NCBI RefSeq assembly: GCF_006345805.1
Contig: NC_042999.1
Span: 84,816,001 to 84,880,000 of the forward strand
Reading direction: 5' to 3'
DNA from: Octopus sinensis
Taxonomy: Eukaryota
DNA: 64,000 nt
The translations under genes and the position numbers were made by a program. Below the pieces are notes generated by a model. That model had not been told where the DNA came from. It did no database searches and saw nothing but the letters and a program-made list of their open reading frames with translations. Positions 1-12,768 of the stretch are shown here, piece by piece (position 1 is the stretch's first letter; the number at the start of each line of letters is the position of its first letter).

Positions 1-686
1 ACGCAGTTGCCAATTTATATTTGTGTTTTATGTTGGTGTGCATTTTAGAGTTTATGGAGTGGTTCCCTATCATTCATATTTGTATGCCCTGCAACTGCAA
101 GCTCATTCAGAACTTACTGCTTCATTTCAATGATAAATTTTCTGTGTTGTTCAGCAAATATGTGGTCTTCAAATTCTGCTTCGACATCACTTTCCTGGCT
201 GTTTATTTCTAGGGTAATATTTTCCTTTTTCTTCAGGCTCTAAAGTGGTTTCGGCCGATGGTCGCCTTTCAGTCAATACTTGTGGTCCAACATTCCTCTC
301 CCCTGCTTCGTTATTTCTTTCCTGATTTATATTTAGGTCATTCTCTACCACTTTTTTAATAGAGGTTAATTTTGCATCTGTGAGTGTGGTATTTCTGAAG
401 ATATATCTTCTAATATTTCCTAATCTGTTTTCATCCAGGTTTGGTCTGTTAGCTGGATTCCGGCTCCTCCAAATTCTGTAGGATTTTGCGGTGTGTGGTA
501 TGTTTCTCTTGGGTTGACCTACTTAATGCAAAGTAATAAGCGTGTAATACTTGTTTATATTCTTCCGAGTTCCATTTAGTGCTTTTACATTTTTGATTTT
601 GTGGTCGTTGTGGTGGTGAACTTTAGGGGGTTAATTTGGGACAAATCCCGTTTAAGTGACCTTCCAGGTTCGTATTCGGGGAAGAT
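1..686 (-). mobile_element. R4/Dong-type non-LTR retrotransposon, degenerate N-terminal part of the ORF (continues beyond window start)
   Basis: Minus-strand translation gives KWNSEEYKQVLHAYYFALSR and, after stops and frameshifts, MNDREPLHKL. These match the N-terminal pre-RT motifs typical of R4/Dong-clade ORFs. The 5' end abuts (TAA)n. Confidence 0.65.
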
Positions 687-723
687 TATTTTTATTATTA
701 TTATCATTATTATTATTATTATT
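687..723. repeat. (ATT)n microsatellite
   Basis: Direct reading. Confidence 0.95.
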
Positions 724-1265
724 GAGTGAGAGAGCAGTGTATGCCATCAAAGTAACACTGGGGTAAAATATACGAAGCCCAGTATACCCATCATGACTAC
801 CCGTCTGATAAGGGTACACTAGGCACATGCATCACAACCATATGTGCGCGACATGGTGATCTCATATCAAGATAAACAGCACATAACCTTGCAGGTGGGG
901 CCCAGTTAAAATTTTCTTCTGGTCGAGTAACCCACCGTGCTCAAAAGGTCCCTGAATAAGGGTTGTTTAACGATGTTGAACGAAACACCCATGTTTCCAA
1001 AGGTGAATTATTCCAGCTCCAAAGAATCTTTCTCAACACATGGCTATGATGCTCCCCCACTACTTCTGCTCGTGATCAGAGATGCACATATCGTCAGTCA
1101 CTAAAGGACATGGTCAACTGGTTAAGGTCAATCAACTGACAGCCAAATCTGTAGTATTGAGCAGAATATTTGCTGTAGCCCATCTTTTATACCAAGACAA
1201 TGATAGCACTTCCAATCAGTTAAGATCAGAAGCCATGAGATACACTGCCTGGTACTGCATCGGTG
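724..1265 (-). mobile_element. Unclassified ~540 bp non-coding interspersed element, copy 1 (SINE-like, (TAA)n tail on the minus strand)
   Basis: No coding capacity. Ends in CACTGCTCTCTCACTC + (AAT)n on the minus strand and is bounded by microsatellites on both sides. Near-identical copy at 1677-2217. Confidence 0.5.
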
Positions 1266-1268
1266 CAT

Positions 1269-1509
1269 TTGTTGTTGTTGTTGTTGTTGTATGAAAACTC
1301 ACAGCATATTTTGCTGGACATGATGGAAAGTGGTAGCTGTCCACGGCCAGCAGACTTATGTGACATTTGTTTACTGGTCATGCTTCAAGAACCTTGCGAA
1401 GAATTCTTGCAGCTCCAAGCAATGCTGATTTTTGTAGGTGTTCTACCTTCACACTTTCGCCAATCTTTTTCAGCCATGTTCGTAGCTGAGTGCTGATACT
1501 TCCATTTTA

Positions 1510-1510
<1 letters not shown>
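1269..1510 (-). mobile_element. R4/Dong-type LINE, 5'-truncated 3' end (RLE C-terminus + 3'UTR + (CAA)n tail), copy 1
   Basis: Minus translation GSISTQLRTWLKKIGESVKVEHLQKSALLGAARILRKVLEA* matches the QKxALLGTARILRKVL C-terminus of RLE-bearing LINEs. The 5' junction is at (TAA)n. Confidence 0.8.
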
Positions 1511-1594
<84 letters not shown>

Positions 1595-1675
1595 GTTATT
1601 ATTATTATTGTTATTATTATTGTTATATTATTATTATTATTATTATTATTATTTATTATTATTATTATTATTATT
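1511..1675. repeat. (ATT)n microsatellite with GTT interruptions
   Basis: Direct reading. Confidence 0.95.
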
Positions 1676-1676
1676 G

Positions 1677-2217
1677 AGTGAGAGAGCAGTGTATGCCATC
1701 AAAGTAACACTGGGGTAAAATATACGAAGCCCAGTATACCCATCATGACTACCCGTCTGATAAGGGTACACTAGGCACATGCATCACAACCATATGTGCG
1801 CGACATGGTGATCTCATATCAAGATAAACAGCACATAACCTTGCAGGTGGGGCCCAGTTAAAATTTTCTTCTGGTCGAGTAACCCACCGTGCTCAAAAGG
1901 TCCCTGAATAAGGGTTGTTTAACGATGTTGAACGAAACACCCATGTTTCCAAAGGTGAATTATTCCAGCTCCAAAGAATCTTTCTCAACACATGGCTATG
2001 ATGCTCCCCCACTACTTCTGCTCGTGATCAGAGATGCACATATCGTCAGTCACTAAAGGACATGGTCAACTGGTTAAGGTCAATCAACTGACAGCCAAAT
2101 CTGTAGTACTGAGCAGAATATTTGCTGTAGCCCATCTTTTATACCAAGACAATGATAGCACTTCCATCAGTTAAGATCAGAAGCCATGAGATACACTGCC
2201 TGGTACTGCATCGGTGC
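1677..2217 (-). mobile_element. Unclassified ~540 bp interspersed element, copy 2 (tandem duplicate)
   Basis: By eye it differs from 724-1265 by one substitution and one 1-bp indel. Confidence 0.5.
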
Positions 2218-2218
2218 A

Positions 2219-2460
2219 TTTGTTGTTGTTGTTGTTGTTGTATGAAAACTCACAGCATATTTTGCTGGACATGATGGAAAGTGGTAGCTGTCCACGGCCA
2301 GCAGACTTATGTGACATTTGTTTACTGGTCATGCTTCAAGAACCTTGCGAAGAATTCTTGCAGCTCCAAGCAATGCTGATTTTTGTAGGTGTTCTACCTT
2401 CACACTTTCGCCAATCTTTTTCAGCCATGTTCGTAGCTGAGTGCTGATACTTCCATTTTA

Positions 2461-2461
<1 letters not shown>
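2219..2461 (-). mobile_element. R4/Dong-type LINE 3' end, copy 2 (tandem duplicate)
   Basis: Same sequence as 1269-1510 apart from (GTT)n length. Confidence 0.8.
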
Positions 2462-2533
<72 letters not shown>

Positions 2534-2561
2534 GTTATTATTATTATTATTGTTATTATTA

Positions 2562-2648
<87 letters not shown>
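2462..2648. repeat. (ATT)n microsatellite
   Basis: Direct reading. Confidence 0.95.
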
Positions 2649-2649
<1 letters not shown>

Positions 2650-2995
2650 TGATGAAAACTCTCAGCATATTTTGCTGGATATAGTGGAAAGTATCATGCT
2701 TCGAGAACCCGTGATGAATTTTACAGGTATTTTATCTTTACCTTTGTTCTAATCTTTTCGAGTCATATTGGTAGCGCTGATATTTCCAAGCGCGCCAATT
2801 ACTACTTTATTACTTCCCCTCTCTTCTTCATTGACCACAACCTGCGTCATAGAATTTCAGATTTTCTTCTTGTTTCTCATTGATTCTGATATCACCGGGA
2901 CATGCTACATCGATTATCATGCAAGTTTTTTCTCTTTTGCTCACCACAACAATGTCAGGTTTCCAATGCCTGATTCCACTGAACCGTTAAGTTGT
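2649..2995 (-). mobile_element. R4/Dong-type LINE, older internally deleted 3' fragment (RLE domain + 3'UTR)
   Basis: Minus translation IRHWKPDIVVVSKREKTCMIIDVACPGDIRINEK is a PD-(D/E)xK RLE motif. The 3'UTR end (CAGCAAAATATGCTGAGAGTTTTCATC) matches the 1269/2219 copies and runs into (TAA)n. Confidence 0.75.
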
Positions 2996-3094
2996 AAACA
3001 ATCCAACACCGGTGTAACGTAGTGCTTAGGTATAAGCACATAACAAATACAAACACACCCGCACACATACACACTCACATACGCTCACACACAT

Positions 3095-3250
3095 ATACAT
3101 ACGACGGGTTTCCGCACAGTTTCCTTCAATCAAATTTACTCACAAGACATTGGTCGGTCGAAGCAGTCGTAAGTAGAAGGCGTGGAATTGAATTCGAAGT
3201 TAGTCGGTTGCAAATCGAGCTCCTTAATCACACAGCCATACCCACGCCTG
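3095..3250 (-). mobile_element. tRNA-derived SINE type A, degenerate head half
   Basis: Diverged match to the heads of 15914-16369 and 61101-61490. Confidence 0.5.
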
Positions 3251-3569
3251 TATTAAAGAATTTAATTTTTTATAAATACTTCTTATATCTTTTGGGTTTG
3301 TTCGAACTCTTAACTCTGTAAACCATAATTTTTCATGAATCATTTTAGTATTGCTTAAATGTTTTGAGTCTGTGTGACTAGTGTCAATGTTTGTAATTTT
3401 ATATTATGTCGTATCCATTTCGTTGATGTGTGTTGTAAAATCCTCATGAATAGAAGGAACCAAGAGTTCCACTTACTTGTCTTACGATTTTAGTTCGGGT
3501 GATCCCCTAGGATAGCTACAGATAAAATTTGACACTTTTCAATGGCGCTCTATCAATTCATTTCTTTAT

Positions 3570-3735
3570 CGTTTTCAAATCCCGCGAGCTAGAAGAGTCG
3601 TTAAATCGTCGTAAAAAATACTTGACTTGAACATTGCCTTTCATCCCGCCAGCGTTAATAAATCAAAGTACCAGTTTTGGGGTCACTCTTATCGCCTTAC
3701 TCCTCCTTCAAAATTGCTGGCCTTGTATCTAAATT
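3570..3735 (+). mobile_element. tRNA-derived SINE type B, degenerate
   Basis: GCGAGCTAGAAGAGTCGTTA head, TTGCCTTTCATCC core and AAATTGCTGGCCTTGT tail, as in other type B copies. Confidence 0.6.
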
Positions 3736-3779
3736 ACAAGCAAATATTACATGCTTAACAGCATTTCTTCCGGCTCTTT

Positions 3780-4824
3780 ACCATCTAAATACAAATCCCG
3801 ACGAGGCTCCAGCGAGTGGGGGTCACCGTTTGTCAGACAGGATTTTCCGCAACTCGTCACACTGACGGAGCTACAGTTCTGGATAAAGCTCTCACAAAGA
3901 AGGAGCGCTTGGAACCTGGAGTGACAGCTTTCTACCAGTCAGACAATGCGGTCGGTGGAAGTTCCACTATAGAGTTCTATAGGGAATTAGTGGCGGGTAG
4001 AAACTGTGGACGTTGGGAAGGATCATCTAACGGGTCTTTTCCGGAGAACTTTCGAGCCTATGGATAACTTCCAGAAATCCCTGGTCTGTCAGCTCTACCA
4101 GTGGGCTCTGCCGGTTCGAGACAAGCACTAAAGACACGAAATTGCTGTCAGACGGATATGTCCGAGGTGTATGCAGGGCGACAAGACCGTCCTGCATGCG
4201 CTTGTCCAGTGTCCCAGCATCACGGATTTGTGGAGCATTGTCGGACAGCTGTTGACGCCTGTAGGACGGATCCGGTTATCAACCGAATCCATCGTGAAGA
4301 ACGCCTTGCTGCCTTCTTTTGGCTAGGAAGGAAAGGCAGTTTTCCTCTGTCTGGTGGTTATGGCGAAAGAAGTAGCGTGATGAATGAGATTGATAGGACT
4401 AAAAGATATTTTCCACTTCAGCCAATTTCTCATCGAATTTTTCAAGTTCCACTTGAAAAGTGGGGTGGAAAGGGAAGTTCTGCCCAACTCACCCTACCTC
4501 TAGTATTTTTGTTGAAAAGTGGGTGTATGTGGCGAAGAGTGAGTGAGCCTACTCTGAACATTCGATTTCAAACTCGAGGAGTTGAGAATGAGAGAGATGA
4601 CCGCTAAGATGCATCTGGCGGCCGGAGAAACCAGGAAGTGTGCGGTTCCTCGGTTTTTCCCTGTGAGGGTTTGCCCACTTTTGGGAAATTTTTATAGCTT
4701 AATTGTATTGTCAATTATCATTGTTATTTACTGTATACTCGACATTGCTCCAAACCCCATTTGTTCCTTGTGTTGTATTGTCCATACTTGCTTTGTGTTC
4801 GGCCCTTGTAGACAATAAAGAAAT
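3780..4824 (+). mobile_element. L1/Tx1-clade LINE, 5'-truncated degenerate 3' fragment (zf-RVT region + 3'UTR)
   Basis: Translations AVGGSSTIEFYRELVAG, ALPVRDK and CPRCMQGDKTVLHALVQCP are homologous to ORF2 at 44999-45712. Ends in AATAAAGAAAT followed by (ATT/ATC)n. Confidence 0.8.
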
Positions 4825-4875
4825 CATTATTTTTCTTCTTATCATTATTATTATTATCATAATCGACATCATCAC

Positions 4876-4939
<64 letters not shown>

Positions 4940-5124
4940 ATTATTATTATCATCATCATTATTATTATCATCATCATTATTATTATTATCATCATTATTA
5001 TTATTATCATCATTATTATTATTATTATCATCATTATTATTATTATTATCATCATTATTATTATTATCATCATCATTATTATTATCATCATCATCATCAT
5101 TATTATTATTATTATTATCATCAT
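4825..5124. repeat. Compound (ATT)n/(ATC)n microsatellite
   Basis: Direct reading. Confidence 0.95.
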
Positions 5125-5779
5125 CTCTCCCTCCCTGCAGATGATTTACGCAATAACTACTTCTGGCTCATTCTTCGACTGTCTGGTGCCATTGTTATAA
5201 CGTTTAGTTGACGCTTTTTCTGCCAATGCTTCTTTTCGTTTCCAAACGTCAGTACTTCAATCTTTTATTTGGCATGTTTATGTACTTTAATAAATCTTTA
5301 ATGTATGCAACACACGGCTTTTAAGCTTTTTACCCCCTCTAACAATTGAAACGTTGCTATTATTTTATTTCTAGCAATTCTTTTCTTTCTATTTTAATTA
5401 TCTTTCTGTTGTTATTGTTGATGTGTCTTTGTCTCTTATATTTCTTCATTGTTTGTCATTCTCGTGGCTACTGTTATGTATATTTATTTCAAAGATATTT
5501 TTTATTTATTTTTAATTTTTGCTTCTTGGCTGTGGTACTTTTTATGGTTTATATTTATTATTTTTATTTTTTTTATATTTTTAGTTTCTATGGCGGATTC
5601 ATTCTATTTTGCATTGTTTCGTTTATATTGTAATGCATTATATCATTTGCTTTCCACCCACCTCACCCTTCATATTTTCTTCATGATGATGATGATAATC
5701 ATCATCATCATGATCATTATTATCATCATCTTCTTTCACTTCTTTATATACGTTGATTATATTTTATCTCCGTCCTTAT

Positions 5780-6115
5780 ATACACACATACGCGCGTACA
5801 CACACATATACATATACATATGTGTGCATATATACATAGAGACACATTTATATATGTACATATATATATATATATATATAAATATACATAGACATATATG
5901 TGTGTATATATGTATACACACATGTGTATACATGTGTGTGTGTGTGTGTGTGTTACACTATATTTAAATAGACGGAAAAACAGACAGACATACACAGATA
6001 CATATATTAAAAATACAAACACCCACATACACACACAAGCACATATAAGTCCGTGACTATAAGTGAATATATATTAGCGCGTGCGTTTGGGCGTGTGTGT
6101 GTGTGTGTGTGTATA
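5780..6115. repeat. Mixed (TA)n/(CA)n/(TG)n low-complexity tract
   Basis: Direct reading. Confidence 0.85.
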
Positions 6116-6669
6116 CATTAAATAATGTGCATGAGTATGATTGCAGCATAGCCATCATCATCATATTAAATAAACTCCAAATGAAAAACTAAATACAAAA
6201 ACTGAATACAAAAGCACTAACTAACACTAACTAGAAATGTTCTAATCATTACAGTCAGGAATACATTTCCTTCTTAATGTATGCCATTTTTTTTACTTGT
6301 CAACATTTACTGCCATCATTCAGTTATTCCCCATTTTCTTGTTTACTCATTTTACTTCATCCTTCCGTCTCTGTCTACTTCTTACCTCTTTTCTCATCCC
6401 TCTGCATTTTTCTTCTTTTTTTTTCCTCCTCTTCCTACTCCTTCTCCTTTTTGGACTTCATCTATTTTCTTTCTTAAGTTTTGCCCCAGGCTTATTTTCT
6501 GCATTGCCTTTCCCTTTCCGAATCCAATAGAAAATTTTATTTTTCTATTTTCCTTTTGTTTTTTGTTTTGTTTGGTTGTTTGGGGGATTTTTTTTTTTCA
6601 GTTTTGTTCATTGTCTCTTGTAATTGTTGCTGGATACAAATCATTATTACTCTCGTGAATGCGGTGTTG

Positions 6670-7125
6670 CCGTTCATGATAACGAGCATGTTGATGAAGA
6701 GGAGAAGAAAGGAGAGAAGAAAGATATTAAGTAATATTGATCATTATGATCATGAAGATAATGACGAGAATTGGGATGACGTAGAGGGGTTTGATTTAGG
6801 GAGAATAATAATGATGAGGAAGAGAATGAAGATGGCAGTAATGATGGTAATGGTGGCAATAGCGAAGAAGGTAATGATTATAGTGAAGATTATGATGGGG
6901 ACGAGGGTTATAATCACGATGGTGAAAGTAACAATAAGCGTGATGATGATGGGAAGGATGGCTGCGGAGATAGTGATGGTGATGGTTATTTGGAAGAGGT
7001 GGTAAGAATGAAGAGATGGCAGGTAATTATGATAACGACGACGATGATGATGATGAGGATGAGGAGGTGGTTGTGGTGGAGGAGGATACCTCATCACCAT
7101 GATCGTCATCATCATCATCATAGTT
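6670..7125. repeat. Degenerate (GAT)n/(GGT)n tract ending in an inverted (CAT)n run
   Basis: Direct reading. Confidence 0.8.
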
Positions 7126-7733
7126 TGTTTTTTTTTCTTCTATAAATACAAAACCGATAGTTTCTTTACAATTAACACCCAGCAAGTTACAAAGTACATC
7201 ATCTCTCATCTTCATCACTAGCACAATTTTAGGGGATATCTCAACTGCTGCAACATATTTTCCTCATTCTTCTAACTAACGAAGAATTATCTCCGCTATC
7301 TCTGAGCTGCTAGAAATAGCTGTCAAATCTCCCTCAAATCACATTCTGTTTTCGTAAGAAACTAAAAGTCGAAATTATTTGGTAAGGTGGTCTTTGACCG
7401 TCACAGCTAAAGTTTTCTTTCATTATATCTAACTTATCAACACTGGTTTGGGACTGTGCAGCAATGATTTTTCTTATCTTTTGCTATCAATATCTGTCAG
7501 CAACATGTTAGAATACACACATGTTATTACATTATCACTTCTATCATCAGTATTATAACCCCCATCACACATTTAACAGTATATCTTACTACAACAAATT
7601 ATCAGCTAAATACTCTTCAGTTTATCACCCTGTCATCATAGATCAGCATATGAGGGATTGCCTGACAACTATATCACTATGTCTGTAAATACTATTGCAG
7701 CAATTGTTATTAGCATTAATATAATTGTCATTA

Positions 7734-7960
7734 AAGGCGGCGAGCTGGTATAATTTTTATTGCGCCAGAAAGAATGCTTCGAATATCTGTTCTGTGTCTT
7801 TATATCCTGAGATCAATCCCGCGCGGGTCAACTTTGCCTTTCATTCTTTAAGGGGCGGATAAGACAAAGTACCAGTTAAATAGTATAGGAGATTAGCCGA
7901 TGATAGCTTCTAATACCTTCTATTCCAACTGCTGGCCTTGTGCCTAAATTAAAAGGGATT
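7734..7960 (+). mobile_element. tRNA-derived SINE type B
   Basis: AAGGCGGCGAGCTGG head, GGTCAACTTTGCCTTTCATTC core, GCTGGCCTTGTGCC tail. Confidence 0.7.
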
Positions 7961-10900
7961 ATTGTAATTACCAATACAGCAGTCATCGTTACGACCATAA
8001 GTTGGTATTATTTCAAAACATATACGACCATTAATATTATTACCCCCGTCATAACCCTTATCATGATCATCAATATTACCCAAATTGTAATATTATTATA
8101 GAAAACAGTAACCCTACCTCAGCTTTAATTTCTACCAACACCACTACATTACCATTACTCTTGTGTCACCACTATCACTGCTATATCGAAATATAATATC
8201 GTCACTATCAAATGCGATCCACTACCCGTAAGAAATAGCAGCAAAATAGCCTTTTAAATTACATCCAACTGAATCTTTTAAACAGCAATTGAATAATGTA
8301 CTCTGAGATACATGAGTGGTGTGTGAATGGCACTGATTAGTAAAGATTTGTTTGTTCAGGATTCACTTGGTGCTAAATAACATGAAAAACATCGTGAGCC
8401 AAAAAGAAAACCTCAACATGGTCGGTCGACTTGATAGAACCGTATCAGGCAGTTGAAATCGAAGGAAAGGTAGAGCGAATAATTCTTTGTGATTTTGGTA
8501 CAAGGCCAACAACTTTTGAGGCAAGGGAAAGTCGTTCACATCGAGTCCTGTACTAAACCGATACTTATATTGGCCCCAGATGAAAGTCAACCTTTGGTGA
8601 CATGTTATCTCAGAAGGTAAATTGACAGAAGAAATGCTGCCATGCATTTTTTCCGGCGCAGTAACGATTCGGTTAGCTCACCGCCTGAAAAAGATAGAAT
8701 GAATAATGCAAGCAAGGAAATATCATGTCAGAAATTACAGTGAATAATCACGACTACAACGTCAAATAACTCACACAGAGAAATAAACAGATCGATGATT
8801 GAGCTATTGATCGCATGTTTGGCCAACTAAACAAGCAATGACAGAGCCGATCCTTGACTAAACTATAACGTAGTTGCTAAATACTATGGTTTATACTCAA
8901 CGCAATCCATTATTAAATCTTATTGTGTCTCTTCAACTATATCACTACTTTCTCCATCTAAATCTTTAAGTTAGCGGATCTATCGTACAACTTCAATCAT
9001 CATGTCACAACAGGCATTCAACACCATCATAATCATTACCATCATGAATTCAGATACACAGACGCCCGTGTAAATAGACTTTTATATATGTGGTCGGTGG
9101 GTTTGTTGTGATCAAAATTATTTTGTATTTTATTTAGTTCCGTGTCTTTAACTTCTGAGATCAAATCCCGAGTGGTCAACTTTACCTTTAACGGGAACGG
9201 CTGAACATTTAACACAAACTACACAAGAAAATCATCAATACGATCATCTGACCAGCTAGGAATAGCAGCAAGATCTTCCTCGTAATTTACAGTATGATCT
9301 AAGGAAAAAAGGAAGAATTCAATAATGATAACATAACAACACGAAAATATGTGATAACATAAAAATATAGTATATTCATTACAGGAACGTCATTGATCAC
9401 AGATACATTGCCGTCTTCTAGAAAAAATCGGGGGTACATATTTATCTCTGAGGTGCTTTTCCACTGGGACTGGAAAAAAGAATGCTATTGATTTTGGATT
9501 TATTCAAGCAGAGTTGGACTGTGATTAAACAATGATAGCTGGGTTAGTACAACCTGTATTCTCATCAGCATAATTACTTTGTTCCAAATTACAATTTTAT
9601 ACCCTCATAAATACCACCACAGCAAAACTACAACTAACCGCACACCAACTACGAAATACTTCTGAAATATTATCATATATCCACCCCAGACTTCAACACT
9701 AAGAAGCCCCTATGTGGTCATTCGAACTACAAGATATAACAATCAACCTCCACTTTAATGGAGCATGACTATCATGACAAAGAAAGGACCTATTACATAA
9801 TGTATTCCAAGACACATTGACTGAAGAGAAGAGGTGGTAGTAACGGCAGGAACACTCTTGCTTTAGTTGTATCTTAGAACTGATAGATATAACAACCAAA
9901 TTCGACAAAAAACAAGAGTCATTGTTTAAACAAAGAAAGAATACATTGACTGAAAATATGGGATGCTCACGACAGGGACACTTATCTCAGTTCAATTGGA
10001 TCAGAGCTAAACTGGGGAAAAGTAGCAACATAATTATTGCAACCAGTATTTCTTCTATCGCAATTATCCACTTCCAAACTATCATATTCGACATCAACAC
10101 TTCCAGCCAAACCAAGCCAAACCACAAACAGCATCATGATGTTACTCCTAATTTTCATCTACATCACAATGACATCACCATCACCACTACTGAACAGTAG
10201 CAGCACCATCATAGACACCACTACAACTACGGCAACATCTTCCATCAAAACAGCCACGTAAGCCACTATCACCACCACCACCATCTTCAATGTCACTAAC
10301 TTCAGCAGTCAAGTCAGCTGACACGTTATTTAGTACTGTTGTTTCGAATTGTCTTCATTACTGTTAGAAATTATTTATAAACTCGTTTGATTTACATTCG
10401 CCACCATTGTCAGAGGAGTTAAGAAATGGTGGGAAGACCCGCTGGAAATTACCCATAAAACACTGCAACAATGGTTATTTACATGTTCTCTAGCAGTTTT
10501 CATGAAATCTTTCTCTTTCTATTTTCCTTTTCCCCTGAATTCCTTTCCCCAATATATATATATATATATATATACACATACACACGCATATTTGTATTTG
10601 TGATGTATGTATATACAAACACAAGATATATATATATATGTATACACATACATGTGTGTATATGTATACATATATGGATGAATGTATATACACGTGTGAG
10701 TGTGCGTGTATGTATTGAATATGTTTGTATATAGAAAACAATTGTATCTCTTGTTCTATTGTTTTCCATTCCTTTTGTTCTTTCTTTTGGGTAATGCATT
10801 TTTGTGATGCATTTTTTAATTTTATTTTTTACTTTCCTTCTTTGTTCCTTGACTACCTGTTTTCCTCATACATTTCTTACTTTATACATGGGGAAATTTG

Positions 10901-11344
10901 CATACCATAAAAAGAAAACATTATTAGAGCTAGGAGAATCGTTACAGCGTTGGAAAAAATGCTTTGCGGTTTAAATTTTGGCTCTTCACTTCTACGTTGT
11001 GATCATGCCGAAGTCAACACTTCTTTCATCTTCAGAAATAAACTACCAGCTAAATATTGGAATCAATAATATTGGCTACCACCTTCCCTGCAAATTTCAG
11101 ACCTTGTGTCTATATTACAAGCAATTGTATTTGCTATTTTGTCGAATATTGTTCGCTGTGAACGGTCCCGTTTCACAAAGCTTCCTGTATTTGATTCTAT
11201 GAATTCTTGTTACTTCTTTTTTTAGCATCAAAACGTTTTCAGAACCTCAGAACGATTGCCCCATAACCTGGTATAAGGAAATGTTTGTTTTTAAACATTT
11301 TCACTTTTTTTTTACATTTTTTTGGCAACTGCCTGCACATATGA

Positions 11345-11780
11345 GGGATGTGAGCTGCTAGAATCGTTAGCACTCCGGACAAAATGCTAAAAGGCATTTC
11401 GTCCGTCTTTACGTTCTGAGTTCAAATTCCGCCGAGGTTGACTTTACCATTTATCCCTTTTCGGGTCGATAAAATAAGTATCAGCCAATTTTGTGGGGTC
11501 GTTGTAATCGATTTAAATCCGCTCCCAAAATTGCTGGCCTTGTGTAATGTTTGCACGCATAAATGTGGCGAGCTGGAAGAATCGTCAGCGCGCCTGACAG
11601 AATTCTAAGCGGCATTTCTTTCATCTGTATGTGGTGTGAGTTCAAATCCGGCGGAGGATGATTTTGCCTATCATCTTTTCAGGGTCGATAACATAAACTA
11701 CCTGTCAAGAACATTAGTCAATGTAATAGACTACCTCTACCCCTAAAATTGCTAGCTTTGTGCCAATTTTTGAAACAATA
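11345..11780 (+). mobile_element. Two head-to-tail SINE type B copies (11345-11545, 11565-11780)
   Basis: Each has GAGCTG..GAATCGT (A-box-like), GAGTTCAAAT (B-box-like), the core and the tail. Confidence 0.8.
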
Positions 11781-12768
11781 TTTACACACGCTGCAAGACG
11801 CTGCCTTAAAGGTAACAGGAGGAGGAACTCCTCACAGGCTAGGCAGCAATAACTTAAGCAAATTACCTAAAATTACATCGTAACGAAAAATATAACATTC
11901 CTCTATTTGCTGAAGTTATGAGACAAAAGAGCCTGGTGACAATACCCAATTCAGAGAAAAGTAGGAGTGGACAATGTGTGTCACATAAACAGTATTTCCT
12001 TAACCTAATTTTTATGTATGTATTGATTTTTGTACTTGCTTTAACGTTGTGAAATAGATAATCCGTATGGTGCATCCTTAGACTAGAAATACTCAAATTA
12101 TGTTGTCTATATGCTAAATCCAGTAAACTTCAATATTAATCTTTCTAACTCCGAACACGATCAATGATTACTAAGCATTGCAATTCGCATTCTAAAGCAG
12201 GATTTCTGCATTTACGCTTGTATTTCCCCTTGCTTTCAGTACATGGCCCATGTTTTATTGTTTTTGGCGTTTGTATCTATTGTCTAAAGCTTTTTTGTTT
12301 TTATTTTCTTTTTAAACTGTTTAACCATTGCGCATGCTGGGGCCATGTACGTCGAAATACTTTATTGCGTTTGCATTACCATCCCGAATTCCCGATCTTG
12401 TATACTCTGCACTGCCTGACATGTAGAAGCAAAGATTCAGCCTTCATCACATATCCCCATATACACACTTACTCTCCACCTTTCAGTTGAACTTCTGATT
12501 ATTAGCCTGCCCACTTGCCTTCGTTCTCTTCCCCCTCTTTCTATCTCTTTCTTTTTCATCTACTTCCTCTTTTTTCTCATTTCCCTCATTATTTTCTCCA
12601 AACACTAAACTCCTTTTCTTTTATTTGATCTCCCTTAGTTCTTTTCATTCTCTATCCATGGCTTTATTTCCCTTTCCTTTTCCAATTTTTACCTGCCCCC
12701 CCCCCCACACACACACACTCCTTGTTCTTCTCTCCTTCCTGATTCTAGCCAACAATTTGTATGTGATA

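Noticed and set aside
6481-7125. 174-aa and His/Pro-rich ORFs
   Set aside because: They arise from a degenerate (GAT)/(GGT) repeat. No domain or splice support.
8370-8640. Possible RTE-like RT remnant
   Set aside because: Only faint motif resemblance across several frames, too degenerate to support.
12290-12560. Possible Penelope-like 3' remnant
   Set aside because: Weak resemblance only, with no clear GIY-YIG or hammerhead motif.
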